Source: an uncultured Gammaproteobacteria bacterium (lineage in GTDB: Bacteria; Patescibacteriota; Microgenomatia; Levybacterales; GWA1-39-11). From it: a DNA stretch of 64,000 bases. Both the position numbers and the translations under genes were made by a program. Positions 1 through 9,103 of the stretch are shown in pieces. Below the pieces are notes generated by a model that worked only from the letters and a program-made list of their open reading frames with translations, made no database searches and was not told the origin of the DNA. The DNA lies in assembly GCA_964448725.1 (NCBI GenBank), contig CAYVAJ010000004.1:17535-81534 (forward strand), given 5' to 3'. How positions within the stretch are numbered: position 1 is the first letter of the stretch; each line of letters begins with the position of its first letter.

Positions 1-654
1 ATCGTGTGCTTCTGCATCATCTTGATTAACATAGTGATTATCATTTGTTGCAACCATTGGTACACTGTATTTGCGGGATAGCTCAATAAGTTTTTCATTG
101 AGTGTATCTTGTTTTTCTAGATTTTGATGGCGCTGTAATTCGAGATATAAATTACCTTCTCCATATATCTTTTGAAGTTTTTGTAATCGTTTTTCTGCTT
201 CTTCTTGTTCATCATGCATGAGAGGGTCTGAGATATATCCATTGAGACATGCAGTCAGACAGATGAGTCCATCTGAGTACTGTTCAAGAAGTTCTATATC
301 TGTTCGTGGCTTGTAATAAAATCCTTCCAGATAGGAAGCAGTAATAATTTTTATCAGATTTTTATATCCTGTCTCATTTTTTGCAAGTAGAATAAGGTGA
401 TTATAGTCATTACTTCCTTGACCTTTTTCTAATCTATTTTTTGTAACATAAATTTCACAGCCTATGATTGGTTTTATATCTGCTGCTACACAGAGCTTAT
501 AAAAATGGATCGTGCCATACATATTGCCATGATCCGTAATCGCCAAAGATTTAAATCCTAATTCCTTTGCACGATCAACCATGTCCTCAACACGGGACAA
601 TCCATCAAGTAGTGAGTATTCGGAATGGTTGTGAAGGTGGACGAAATCAGTCAT
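1..654 (-). CDS. dnaE: DNA polymerase III alpha subunit, N-terminal PHP part (runs off window start)
   Basis: Manual translation from ATG at 654: MTDFVHLHNHSEYSLLDG...LAITDHGNMYG...IKPIIGCEIY...HLILLAKNETGYKNL, the typical DnaE PHP motifs; not in the ORF track because it is partial. Confidence 0.95.
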   Translation of the reverse strand, partial: MTDFVHLHNHSEYSLLDGLSRVEDMVDRAKELGFKSLAITDHGNMYGTIHFYKLCVAADIKPIIGCEIYVTKNRLEKGQGSNDYNHLILLAKNETGYKNLIKIITASYLEGFYYKPRTDIELLEQYSDGLICLTACLNGYISDPLMHDEQEEAEKRLQKLQKIYGEGNLYLELQRHQNLEKQDTLNEKLIELSRKYSVPMVATNDNHYVNQDDAEAHD

Positions 655-655
655 A

Positions 656-1531
656 TTATCTGTCTTCTATTTTACCACTTTCAGGCATTATCATGCCTTC
701 GGTAAAGACAGTATAGCGGTTTTTTAGGGAGTTCCCTTCGCTATCTCGTTTGCTGTGATACGCAGCTACATCTGCATCTTTGATGAGTTGTTCTGCGTCT
801 ACTTTTCTTCCTTGGTTTGTCGCAATACCAATGCTAAATTTAAAGGGCATATCCTGTGATTTGCTATGGATTCTTTCAGCAATTTTCATGACGGTATCCA
901 TATCAATTCCCGATAAGTAAATATCAAACTCGTCTCCACCGCTTCTCAAAACTTTATCATTAAGGCGAATATGTGCTTTGAGAAACTGCACCACTTGTTG
1001 GAGGTATACATCACCAGCTGAATGTCCAAGCTCGTCATTTACTTTTTTAAAATCATCTACGTCTATTTTGAGCATTGCTACAGAAAGACCTTTCTCAAGA
1101 TCTTCTGTTACTTGTTGAGGAAGCTCGTTTCTGTAATACGCCGGAGAGTATGCACCCGTCAGTGGGTCTAAGTGATAGCGCAATTCAGCGTCCCGCAATT
1201 CTTGCTGGTGTCTTATTTCTCTGTTCACATTTCGGAGTGCGGTCGGAAGGTGTTTGAAGTTTGAATCGTCCTCAAACGGAGTAGTATCGTTATATTCGTG
1301 TTTAAGGTTTGTAACTTCCACAGAAAGCAGCGGCCAGAATTCATTTCTTTCATAGGGAATTTCGATCTCTGGAAGATTTTCTGTTGTAGACACGTATCTT
1401 TCTAAGAGTTTTTGAACCAGTGGAACTTGAGGGTCGACAAGCGTATCTGTTTGTCTTCGTCGCTCAATAGAAATATCTTGTAACCTCTCTTGGTTTTCTG
1501 GTTGTGGAGTACCTTGGTCGAATTCGCTCAT
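656..1531 (-). CDS. GGDEF-domain diguanylate cyclase
   Basis: DPLTG, IDVDDFKKVNDELGH..GD, RLND (RxxD I-site) and RSGGDEF motifs. Confidence 0.92.
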   Translation of the reverse strand: MSEFDQGTPQPENQERLQDISIERRRQTDTLVDPQVPLVQKLLERYVSTTENLPEIEIPYERNEFWPLLSVEVTNLKHEYNDTTPFEDDSNFKHLPTALRNVNREIRHQQELRDAELRYHLDPLTGAYSPAYYRNELPQQVTEDLEKGLSVAMLKIDVDDFKKVNDELGHSAGDVYLQQVVQFLKAHIRLNDKVLRSGGDEFDIYLSGIDMDTVMKIAERIHSKSQDMPFKFSIGIATNQGRKVDAEQLIKDADVAAYHSKRDSEGNSLKNRYTVFTEGMIMPESGKIEDR

Positions 1532-1533
1532 AG

Positions 1534-2910
1534 TTATAGCAATTGGGATTTAATTTTTGCTAAGACCATTTGTGTGTCAACTTTTTTGCCAATTTTACGC
1601 ATGGTCTGTCCCAATAAGAACATTATGACAGATTCTTTGCCGCTTTTGAAGTCTTGCACTGCCTTTTCATTTTCTGTTAATACCTCAGAAATTATCAGTT
1701 CTAATTCTGACTCATCTACAGATTCTACTTTGTTTTCTTCTACAATTTGTTTTATCAATGATGCAGGAAGAACTTTCTCTATATCTGTTTTTTTATTAAT
1801 AATTGCATTGGCGATTTGTTTTGCATTAACAGAATGTTTTTTGCCAACTGTTATTGCTTCTTCATAATAGTCAGCCATTGCTCTCTCGCGGGTTAATATC
1901 TCTGCATCATATTCAGGAATTTTGTAGTCAGATATAAATCGTTTCATCTTCAAATCAGGTAATTCAGGTAGCTGTTTCTTTAATTCTGTAATATATGGTT
2001 CTTCAAATCGAAACGGTGGAATATCTGGCTCTGGGAAGTAGCGGTAATCATTTGCTTCTTCTTTGATTCGTTGAGAAAATGTCTCTCCTTTAGGATCATA
2101 CCATCCTCGTGTTTCTTGTACTGGAATTTCCCCTTTCTCAAGTATTTCAATGTGTCTTTTGACCTCATAATTTATTGCTTTCTCAACAAATCGAAAAGAA
2201 TTAATATTTTTCACCTCAACTTTATAAGGTGGCAATTCAATTTCTTTGGAATTTGGAATTTGTTCATTTGAAATTTTTAGAACCGAAATATTCGGTTCTA
2301 ACCGCATATCTCCTTTTTCCATATCAGCATTTGATACACCGAGATATCGGACAATTTGTTGGAGTCTTCTTAAATATTCACTGACTTCTTTGGCATCATG
2401 AAAATCAGGTTCAGTAACAATTTCTACGAGTGGTACACTTGATCTATTGAAATCGATTAATGAAACTTTTGTATTGGAATCAGCGAGTGTTTCGTGCATA
2501 AGTTTACCTGTGTCTTCTTCCATGTGAACCCGGGTAATCCCGATTTTTCGTCCGTTTGATAGCTCCATAAAGCCGTGTTCTCCAAAAGGTAAATCATATT
2601 GGCTGATTTGATAGCCTTTTGGTAAGTCGGGATAAAAATAATTTTTCCGATCAAATTTTGAGAATTCTGCTATTGTACAGTTGAGTGCAAGTGCAATTTT
2701 AATACACCATTCAATTGCTGTTTTGTTCGGTACTGGTAATGCTCCTGGCAGTCCGAGACATACAGGACAGGTATGAGTATTTGGTTTTTGTCCAAAATAG
2801 TTTGCATCACATCCACAGAACATCTTACTTTTTGTAGATAGCTCAATATGCGTCTCAAGACCTATGATAGGCGTATAGTTTATGTTTTTTGGATTATTGT
2901 TATTAGTCAT
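1534..2910 (-). CDS. gatB: Asp/Glu-tRNA amidotransferase subunit B
   Basis: IGLETHIEL, FDRKNYFYPDLPKGYQISQ, HMEEDTGK, DYRYFPEPD. Confidence 0.98.
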   Translation of the reverse strand: MTNNNNPKNINYTPIIGLETHIELSTKSKMFCGCDANYFGQKPNTHTCPVCLGLPGALPVPNKTAIEWCIKIALALNCTIAEFSKFDRKNYFYPDLPKGYQISQYDLPFGEHGFMELSNGRKIGITRVHMEEDTGKLMHETLADSNTKVSLIDFNRSSVPLVEIVTEPDFHDAKEVSEYLRRLQQIVRYLGVSNADMEKGDMRLEPNISVLKISNEQIPNSKEIELPPYKVEVKNINSFRFVEKAINYEVKRHIEILEKGEIPVQETRGWYDPKGETFSQRIKEEANDYRYFPEPDIPPFRFEEPYITELKKQLPELPDLKMKRFISDYKIPEYDAEILTRERAMADYYEEAITVGKKHSVNAKQIANAIINKKTDIEKVLPASLIKQIVEENKVESVDESELELIISEVLTENEKAVQDFKSGKESVIMFLLGQTMRKIGKKVDTQMVLAKIKSQLL

Positions 2911-2921
2911 ATTTTCTCTTA

Positions 2922-4361
2922 TTAACTACGACCATTAGTTAATTTCGGTTCCTCCTTCCAGTAAGGGTTTGCTTGTTCAAAGGTATGTGTTGTTCTATAG
3001 AGTGTTGCTTCATCAAAATGTTTACCGAGTATTTGCATACCGACCGGAAGTCCGTCTACAAATCCAGCAGGTACTGATATTCCTGGAACACCAACAAGAT
3101 TTGCATGTACAGTAAAAATGTCTGACAGATACATTTGTAATGGATCGCTTGTTTTCTCTCCTAATTTCCAAGGGAGAGAAGGAGATGATGGAGTAATCAA
3201 GACATCAACTTTTTCAAACGCTTCATCAAAATCATTTTTCAGAAGCGTTCGGACCTGCATTGCCTTTTTATAATACGCGTCATAGTATCCAGCAGAAAGG
3301 ACATATGTTCCAAGCATAATTCTTCGTTTGGCTTCTTCGCCAAAATCATTGCGTTCATTGCCATAGCGAATACCAGTATATCGTGCAAGATTTGATGATA
3401 CTTCTGCAGTTTGGATTACATAATACACTTCGATTGCATACTGGGTATGCGGAAGGGAAATATCAATTATCTCAGCTCCTTGAGATTCGTAAAATTTGAG
3501 CGCATCATGAATATGATCTTTAATACGAGAATCTAGTCCTTCAATAAAATATTCTTTCGGAACGCCGATTTTTAGTCCTTTTACTCCATTTCCAATATTT
3601 GCAGTATAATCTGGTACATCTTTTGATGGAGTTGTTGCATCCATTGTGTCTCTTCCTGCAGTAACGTTCAATACGAGCGCATTATCTTCAACTGTTTTTG
3701 TAAAGTGTCCAATAGAGTCAAGAGAGGATGCCATTGCAATCACTCCATAGCGACTGACACGTCCGTATGTTGGTTTCAGTCCGACAGTATTGGTAAAGCT
3801 TGCTGGGAGCCGAATAGATCCACCTGTATCAGTACCTGTTGCCATGAGACTCATACCGGCTGCAACAGATGCAGGAGATCCGCTTGATGATCCTCCAGGA
3901 ACGTACTCAGTATTATATGGATTTGCGGTTGCTCCAAAATCTGAGTTCTCTCCACTTGACCCATGTGCCCATGCATCAAGATTTGTTTTGCCTAAAATTA
4001 CTGCCCCTGCATCTTTTAATTTCTTGACAACTGTTCCATCGTATTGCGGGATATAGTGTTCAAGCACTTTTGATGCCGCAGTTGTCCGAATGTCTTTAGT
4101 AACAAACAAATCTTTTAATGCGACTGGAATCCCAAGCAGCGGCTTATCCTTGTCCAAGGTCCGACCTTGGTCAGCACGCAGCTTGTCTGCGGTCTCTGCT
4201 TGTTGTAGCGCTTCTTCTTCAGTTACGGTTAAAAATGCATTAATCTCGGTGTCATATTTTTCAATTTGACCAAGATATGCTTTTGTTAGCTCAACTGCAC
4301 TTATTTCTTTTGCCAGCAATTTCTTTTTTGCGCTAGCTATTGTTAAGTTTTTAGTGTCCAT
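2922..4361 (-). CDS. gatA: Asp/Glu-tRNA amidotransferase subunit A
   Basis: Amidase signature GGSSSGS, TDTGGSIRLPA, GLKPTYGRVSRYG. Confidence 0.98.
   Translation of the reverse strand: MDTKNLTIASAKKKLLAKEISAVELTKAYLGQIEKYDTEINAFLTVTEEEALQQAETADKLRADQGRTLDKDKPLLGIPVALKDLFVTKDIRTTAASKVLEHYIPQYDGTVVKKLKDAGAVILGKTNLDAWAHGSSGENSDFGATANPYNTEYVPGGSSSGSPASVAAGMSLMATGTDTGGSIRLPASFTNTVGLKPTYGRVSRYGVIAMASSLDSIGHFTKTVEDNALVLNVTAGRDTMDATTPSKDVPDYTANIGNGVKGLKIGVPKEYFIEGLDSRIKDHIHDALKFYESQGAEIIDISLPHTQYAIEVYYVIQTAEVSSNLARYTGIRYGNERNDFGEEAKRRIMLGTYVLSAGYYDAYYKKAMQVRTLLKNDFDEAFEKVDVLITPSSPSLPWKLGEKTSDPLQMYLSDIFTVHANLVGVPGISVPAGFVDGLPVGMQILGKHFDEATLYRTTHTFEQANPYWKEEPKLTNGRS
4154..4170. repeat. REP-like palindrome inside gatA
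   Basis: CCAAGGTCCGACCTTGG, same core as the RAYT flanks. Confidence 0.85.
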
Positions 4362-4367
4362 AGTTGT

Positions 4368-4832
4368 TTATGCGATCTTTTCTATAAAATTTACTGATTC
4401 AAAACCTTCTTCTGAGAACATGATTCCATTCTTGTAATTGTTCAGTGCTTTTTTAATATAGGAAAGAGTATTCTCAGGTAGATTATTAATATCAAACCAC
4501 TTGAGATCATCTGCTTTGTTAGGCTCTTTTATTTCAGGGTTACCTTGCCAGCTGTGTGCTTGTGCAAAGTAATCAACATATTCAAAGTTTGATTTCCTAT
4601 GCATAGCATGTACAATTTCTATATCTTTATTGTTCAAAATTATTCCTATTTCCTCTTTTGCTTCACGAATAGCGGTATCACTCACTGTTTCTCCTCCATC
4701 AAGATGACCAGCAGGAAGAGTATATTGTCCATCTTCCCATCCTGTGTTATAACGTCTTAACAATAATATTTTATGTTCTTTTTCAAGAATTATATATACT
4801 GCTGCATGAAGTGAGAACTTTTTATCTCCCAT
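4368..4832 (-). CDS. NUDIX hydrolase
   Basis: Nudix box GHLDGGETVSDTAIREAKEEIGI. Confidence 0.93.
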   Translation of the reverse strand: MGDKKFSLHAAVYIILEKEHKILLLRRYNTGWEDGQYTLPAGHLDGGETVSDTAIREAKEEIGIILNNKDIEIVHAMHRKSNFEYVDYFAQAHSWQGNPEIKEPNKADDLKWFDINNLPENTLSYIKKALNNYKNGIMFSEEGFESVNFIEKIA

Positions 4833-5116
4833 TATTCCTCCTCAAAAATTCCTTTCACTTGGAAGAGTCCGTTATGTGATTTCTTTGCATTGGAGAGTGC
4901 TTCTTCTTGGCTGAGTGATGGATGTGCTTTGTCTTCGCGTGTCACATTTTCAAGTCCGGTGACTTGGCTGGTTGGTTCAATGTCTGTGGTATCAAGCTCG
5001 TTAAGTCGTGAAATATATTCCAGTACTTCTGAGAGCTGTTTTTCAAATTTTTCCTCTTCTCCTTTTTCAAGGGTTAGATTTGCAAGTTTTGCAACATGAT
5101 TAACATCAATTTTCAT
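4832..5116 (-). CDS. gatC: Asp/Glu-tRNA amidotransferase subunit C
   Basis: HVAKLANL...L.ELDTTDIEPTS...REDK; size and operon position. Confidence 0.95.
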   Translation of the reverse strand: MKIDVNHVAKLANLTLEKGEEEKFEKQLSEVLEYISRLNELDTTDIEPTSQVTGLENVTREDKAHPSLSQEEALSNAKKSHNGLFQVKGIFEEE

Positions 5117-5145
5117 AGTTATTTTAGGCAGGGGATATACATCTA

Positions 5146-5955
5146 TTATATCTCAATACCAAGCTTTTTTACAATCGAATTGTGTGCTTTTTTCTCAATT
5201 GTGTCATCAAGTGGTGTCAGTTCGATAGGTTTTGAATATTTTACTTCGAGTGCTTTCTGAATGAGAAAATCTGCAATATGAGGATTCTTTGGAAGTAGTG
5301 GGCCATGAAAGTAACATCCAATTGCGTTTTTATAGACTACACCCTCAGTTCTGTCGATTCCGTTATTGCCATTGCCTTTTATAACCGTTGCAAAAGGCTT
5401 TGCTGTTTTTCCCAAAGTAGTACGTCCACCATGATTTTCAAATCCCACAATATAGGAAAATGGAGAATTGAAAGTTGAAAGTTGAGAGTTTAAATTCTCC
5501 CAATTCACTTTTGCAACAACATTTCCAATGAGCCGGCTCTCTTGTGGTCCTGGATGTGTTGTTTCAATATCAAATATGCCGACTCCTTCAATTCGTTTTC
5601 CTTCCGATGGTTCATAATATTTACCCATTAATTGAGGTGAGCCACAAACAAATAATGAGGGAGCATTTTGTTCGATCAAATTAATTATGCTGTTGGCCTT
5701 CTTCCCTTTTAAATCACGCATAACTATTTCTTGTTCACGATCTTGTGCACCGCCGCCAAATAAGAGGTTAATGGTTGATAGTTCTTGGTCTGTAGTATCT
5801 GGAGTAATGGGGAGAATTTTTACATCAATTCCTCTCCACTCACTTCTTTTCTGTAATACGAGTATATTCCCTCGGTCTCCGTATGTACTCATTAAATCTG
5901 GATAAAGCCAACCGATGATTAGAGAAAAGTTACTAATTTTTGGTTTATTGTTCAT
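5146..5955 (-). CDS. gatD: CobQ-like glutamine amidotransferase (lipid II isoglutaminyl synthase GatD)
   Basis: LYPDLMSTYGDRGN, GGGAQDREQ, GFENHGGRT, YFHGPLLPKNP; adjacent to murT. Confidence 0.9.
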   Translation of the reverse strand: MNNKPKISNFSLIIGWLYPDLMSTYGDRGNILVLQKRSEWRGIDVKILPITPDTTDQELSTINLLFGGGAQDREQEIVMRDLKGKKANSIINLIEQNAPSLFVCGSPQLMGKYYEPSEGKRIEGVGIFDIETTHPGPQESRLIGNVVAKVNWENLNSQLSTFNSPFSYIVGFENHGGRTTLGKTAKPFATVIKGNGNNGIDRTEGVVYKNAIGCYFHGPLLPKNPHIADFLIQKALEVKYSKPIELTPLDDTIEKKAHNSIVKKLGIEI

Positions 5956-5957
5956 GG

Positions 5958-7340
5958 TTAAAGAATTTCCTTTCCGGTTAATATCTTTCGTAACTCAAGC
6001 ATGGCTGAGTATGTAGGGAGTATGAATGCAGTGTCTCCTTCAGGTGTCGCTTGTACTAACTCGTTAATTGCTTTTTTAGGATTCTCAAAAATTGTAACTG
6101 TAGAATTGTAATAATCCTTTTCTAGAGAATATTTCATTCGAACCGCCATGTCATATGCTCTGTCACCGGTAACAATGATTTTACCAGCGACATTTACTAA
6201 TTCTTCAAAGTCCACATCCCATATCCAAGATACATCTCGTCCATCAGGAATTCTATCATTCAAGGCAAGTAAAACAGTACAAGGTCGGACCTTGGTATTG
6301 TTTTGTGGTTGTACGGAATTTTTCAGGCTCGTACCAAGGTCCGACCTTGGTATAGTAGTCTCTGTAATAACACTGATTGATTGATTGAATCCAGCGGGGT
6401 TTTTTGAGAGGATCATAAAGAAATCACGATTTTTATAGGTGATTTTTTCTTGTCTTCCAAATGCCGAGGTAAATGACGCAAGTGATTTGCCAATCTCTTT
6501 ATATGAAATGTCAAATGCTTCTCGAGCTGTTTTTAATGCCGCTTGTAAATTGTACATATTATAAGTACCAGCAAGAACGACAGGGATAGATTCATCAATT
6601 TTATCTTTAATGTTTTCATTTGTAAATTTACAATTAGGGCAGGTATATTTTCCTAAATGGGAATATGCAATTTTTGAAAAAAGTAACTTGGTTCCGCATT
6701 GAGGACAATGAGTAGAGTCAGTATCATGGGTAGTTTCTTTTTTTGAAAAGTACTTGTTAGGAATAGAAAAATAAAATGTTTTACTCGTTGTGCTTTTTCT
6801 TAAATATCGTATCTCAGGATCATCTGCATTGAGTATAAGTTGTGTATCAGTTGTTAGCTTTTTCAGTGCTTTTTGCCAATTTCTAGCTATGGTATGTACT
6901 TCTCCATATCGGTCAAGCTGATCACGGAAAAGATTTAACAATACGATTGCGCGAGGAGTCATCTGAGATAATATGCGGGGAAGATTATTTTCGTCAACTT
7001 CAAAAATAGCCACATCATAGCGTAGTTTTCCTGTAACTGAAGCGTAGCGGATTAAGCTTGTTGCAAGTCCATTCACGAGATTTGCTCCTTCTTCGTTTTG
7101 AAAAACACGTAATCCATTTTTCTCTAAAATATGTCGTAAAATTTTAGCTGTTGTTGTTTTACCATTTGTTCCAGCAACAAGAATTATTGATAGATTTTTA
7201 CTGGATAAAAAATCCTGTATAAAGGTGGGATTTACTTGTAATGCAATATGTCCAGGCCAGGTAGAACCGGATCCAAGACCGAATTCTTTTATTACAGCAC
7301 TGGTGAATTTTCCGGCGAAAAATGAAAGTAATGTTTTCAT
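5958..7340 (-). CDS. murT: Mur-ligase family MurT (DUF1727 C-terminus)
   Basis: GTNGKTTT, NLFRDQLDRYGE, CxxC...CxxC, DGRDVSWIWD, PTYSAM. Confidence 0.92.
   Translation of the reverse strand: MKTLLSFFAGKFTSAVIKEFGLGSGSTWPGHIALQVNPTFIQDFLSSKNLSIILVAGTNGKTTTAKILRHILEKNGLRVFQNEEGANLVNGLATSLIRYASVTGKLRYDVAIFEVDENNLPRILSQMTPRAIVLLNLFRDQLDRYGEVHTIARNWQKALKKLTTDTQLILNADDPEIRYLRKSTTSKTFYFSIPNKYFSKKETTHDTDSTHCPQCGTKLLFSKIAYSHLGKYTCPNCKFTNENIKDKIDESIPVVLAGTYNMYNLQAALKTAREAFDISYKEIGKSLASFTSAFGRQEKITYKNRDFFMILSKNPAGFNQSISVITETTIPRSDLGTSLKNSVQPQNNTKVRPCTVLLALNDRIPDGRDVSWIWDVDFEELVNVAGKIIVTGDRAYDMAVRMKYSLEKDYYNSTVTIFENPKKAINELVQATPEGDTAFILPTYSAMLELRKILTGKEIL
6280..6352. repeat. Inverted doublet of the REP-like palindrome inside murT
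   Basis: CAAGGTCGGACCTTGG (6280) and TACCAAGGTCCGACCTTGGTA (6332). Confidence 0.85.
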
Positions 7341-7455
7341 ATATAAAAAATTGTTATATTGTTAGACTGTTACATTGTTGGAGCGATAAAACAATGAAGC
7401 AATTCAGTATATTTTTCATTATACCAAGTGAATAGATGATTATACACTCAACGTA

Positions 7456-8349
7456 TTACATTGATCTGAGGATTTTTATTCGTTCTTCAATTGGAGGGTG
7501 AGTTGAGAACAGATTTACATACCATGATTTTTTTCTCTTACCTGATTTAAAAGGATTTTCAATATACAAGTGTGCTGTTGCAACGCTTGCTGCCTGTAAT
7601 TTGTCATCGTCAGCCGAAATTTTTTCCAGTGCTGCTGCTAGACCTTCTGGATATCGAGTGAGTAGTGCACCATCAGCATCAGCAAGAAACTCTCTTTTTC
7701 TTGAAAGCATGAATTGTAGTAAGGTAGCAGCAATTGGAGCAAGAACTGCTGCTGCGATCGCAATTATAAGAAAAAAACCATTTTGATTTCTATTTTTGTC
7801 TCCGCGTAACCAGAGTGAACGCAGGAAGAAATCAGATAGTAATGCGATTGATCCTGCTAAGATAGTAACAATTCCAATCATACGAGTATCATAATTTTTA
7901 ATATGAGAAATTTCATGTGCGATAACTCCTTCTATTTCCACTTCGCGTAATTTTTGTAAGAGCCCTGTTGTTGCGACTACTACTGCATGTTTCGGATCAC
8001 GTCCAGTTGCGAATGCGTTTGGCGAGCTGTCTTGGATAACATACAGTTTTGGCAGAGGAATACCTGCTGCAATACTCATATTCTCTGCTGCAGTATAAAA
8101 TGAAAAATTATGTTCTCGTGTTGCAGGCTTGGCATGACTCATTGTCAGAATTAATGAGTCTGAGAAATAGTACGAAATTAGGGACCAAATACCTGAAATA
8201 ATAAGGAAAATTCCTGCAACGGTAAGTCCATTATATCCTTGAGCACGGCCAATTACATAAGATACTGTTACTGAAAGAATTATAAAGAAGATAATAATAA
8301 ATATGCTTTTTCGTTTATTAGAACCAACTATATCGTAAGGAGTTTTCAT
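7456..8349 (-). CDS. htpX: M48 zinc metalloprotease HtpX
   Basis: PNAFATG, AHEISH, SRKREFLADA, STHPPIEERI; follows lemA. Confidence 0.95.
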   Translation of the reverse strand: MKTPYDIVGSNKRKSIFIIIFFIILSVTVSYVIGRAQGYNGLTVAGIFLIISGIWSLISYYFSDSLILTMSHAKPATREHNFSFYTAAENMSIAAGIPLPKLYVIQDSSPNAFATGRDPKHAVVVATTGLLQKLREVEIEGVIAHEISHIKNYDTRMIGIVTILAGSIALLSDFFLRSLWLRGDKNRNQNGFFLIIAIAAAVLAPIAATLLQFMLSRKREFLADADGALLTRYPEGLAAALEKISADDDKLQAASVATAHLYIENPFKSGKRKKSWYVNLFSTHPPIEERIKILRSM

Positions 8350-8394
8350 TATTGTACCTCTTTTCAGAATAGAGATATTGTATTATGAGTATGT

Positions 8395-8961
8395 CTAGGA
8401 AGTGAAGTCAACTTTTACGGGTTCACGTTCGCCTGGTTCTGCTTCAAAAAATTCTTCTTCTTTAAAGCCAAAAATATTAGCGATAAATACGGTTGGAATT
8501 GTTTTCAATTTAGTATTATAGGAGAGTACATTTGAATTATAGAATTGACGAGAATATGAAATCTTATTTTCTGTATCTGTCAGTTCTTCTTGTAATTGCT
8601 TGAAGTTATCACTCGCCTTAAGATCGGGATATGCTTCTGCAACTGCAAAAAGAGATTTTAATGCATCTGTCATCATATTATTCGCTTGAGCTTTTTGATG
8701 AGGGGTATTTGCTTTCATGAGGTCGGTGCGAGCTTTGGTAACTTCTTCAAATACTCCTTTTTCATGTTTTGCGTATCCTTTGACAGTCTCTACTAAATTT
8801 GGAATCAGATCAGTACGGCGTTTTAATTGTATGTCAATGCTAGAAAGTGCTTCGCGAATTCGTTCACGCAGAGTAACCAATGAGTTATAGGTGAGCCATA
8901 AAAACACTAATATTGCTACACCAATTCCAATGAGTATGAATGGGAGGCTTAAAAATTCCAT
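8395..8961 (-). CDS. lemA: LemA family protein
   Basis: [31 protein letters not shown]. Confidence 0.96.
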   Translation of the reverse strand: MEFLSLPFILIGIGVAILVFLWLTYNSLVTLRERIREALSSIDIQLKRRTDLIPNLVETVKGYAKHEKGVFEEVTKARTDLMKANTPHQKAQANNMMTDALKSLFAVAEAYPDLKASDNFKQLQEELTDTENKISYSRQFYNSNVLSYNTKLKTIPTVFIANIFGFKEEEFFEAEPGEREPVKVDFTS

Positions 8962-9103
8962 ATATAGTTACATTTTCTACTTCTTTATTTCATTTGTCAA
9001 CAGACATTAATTTCTTATTTTACTCTATCAGCTAAACGAGCAGTATTAAAATAATCTTTAAATTTTAAGTTGTGATTTTGAATTTTTACATGTAAGTTTT
9101 TAG

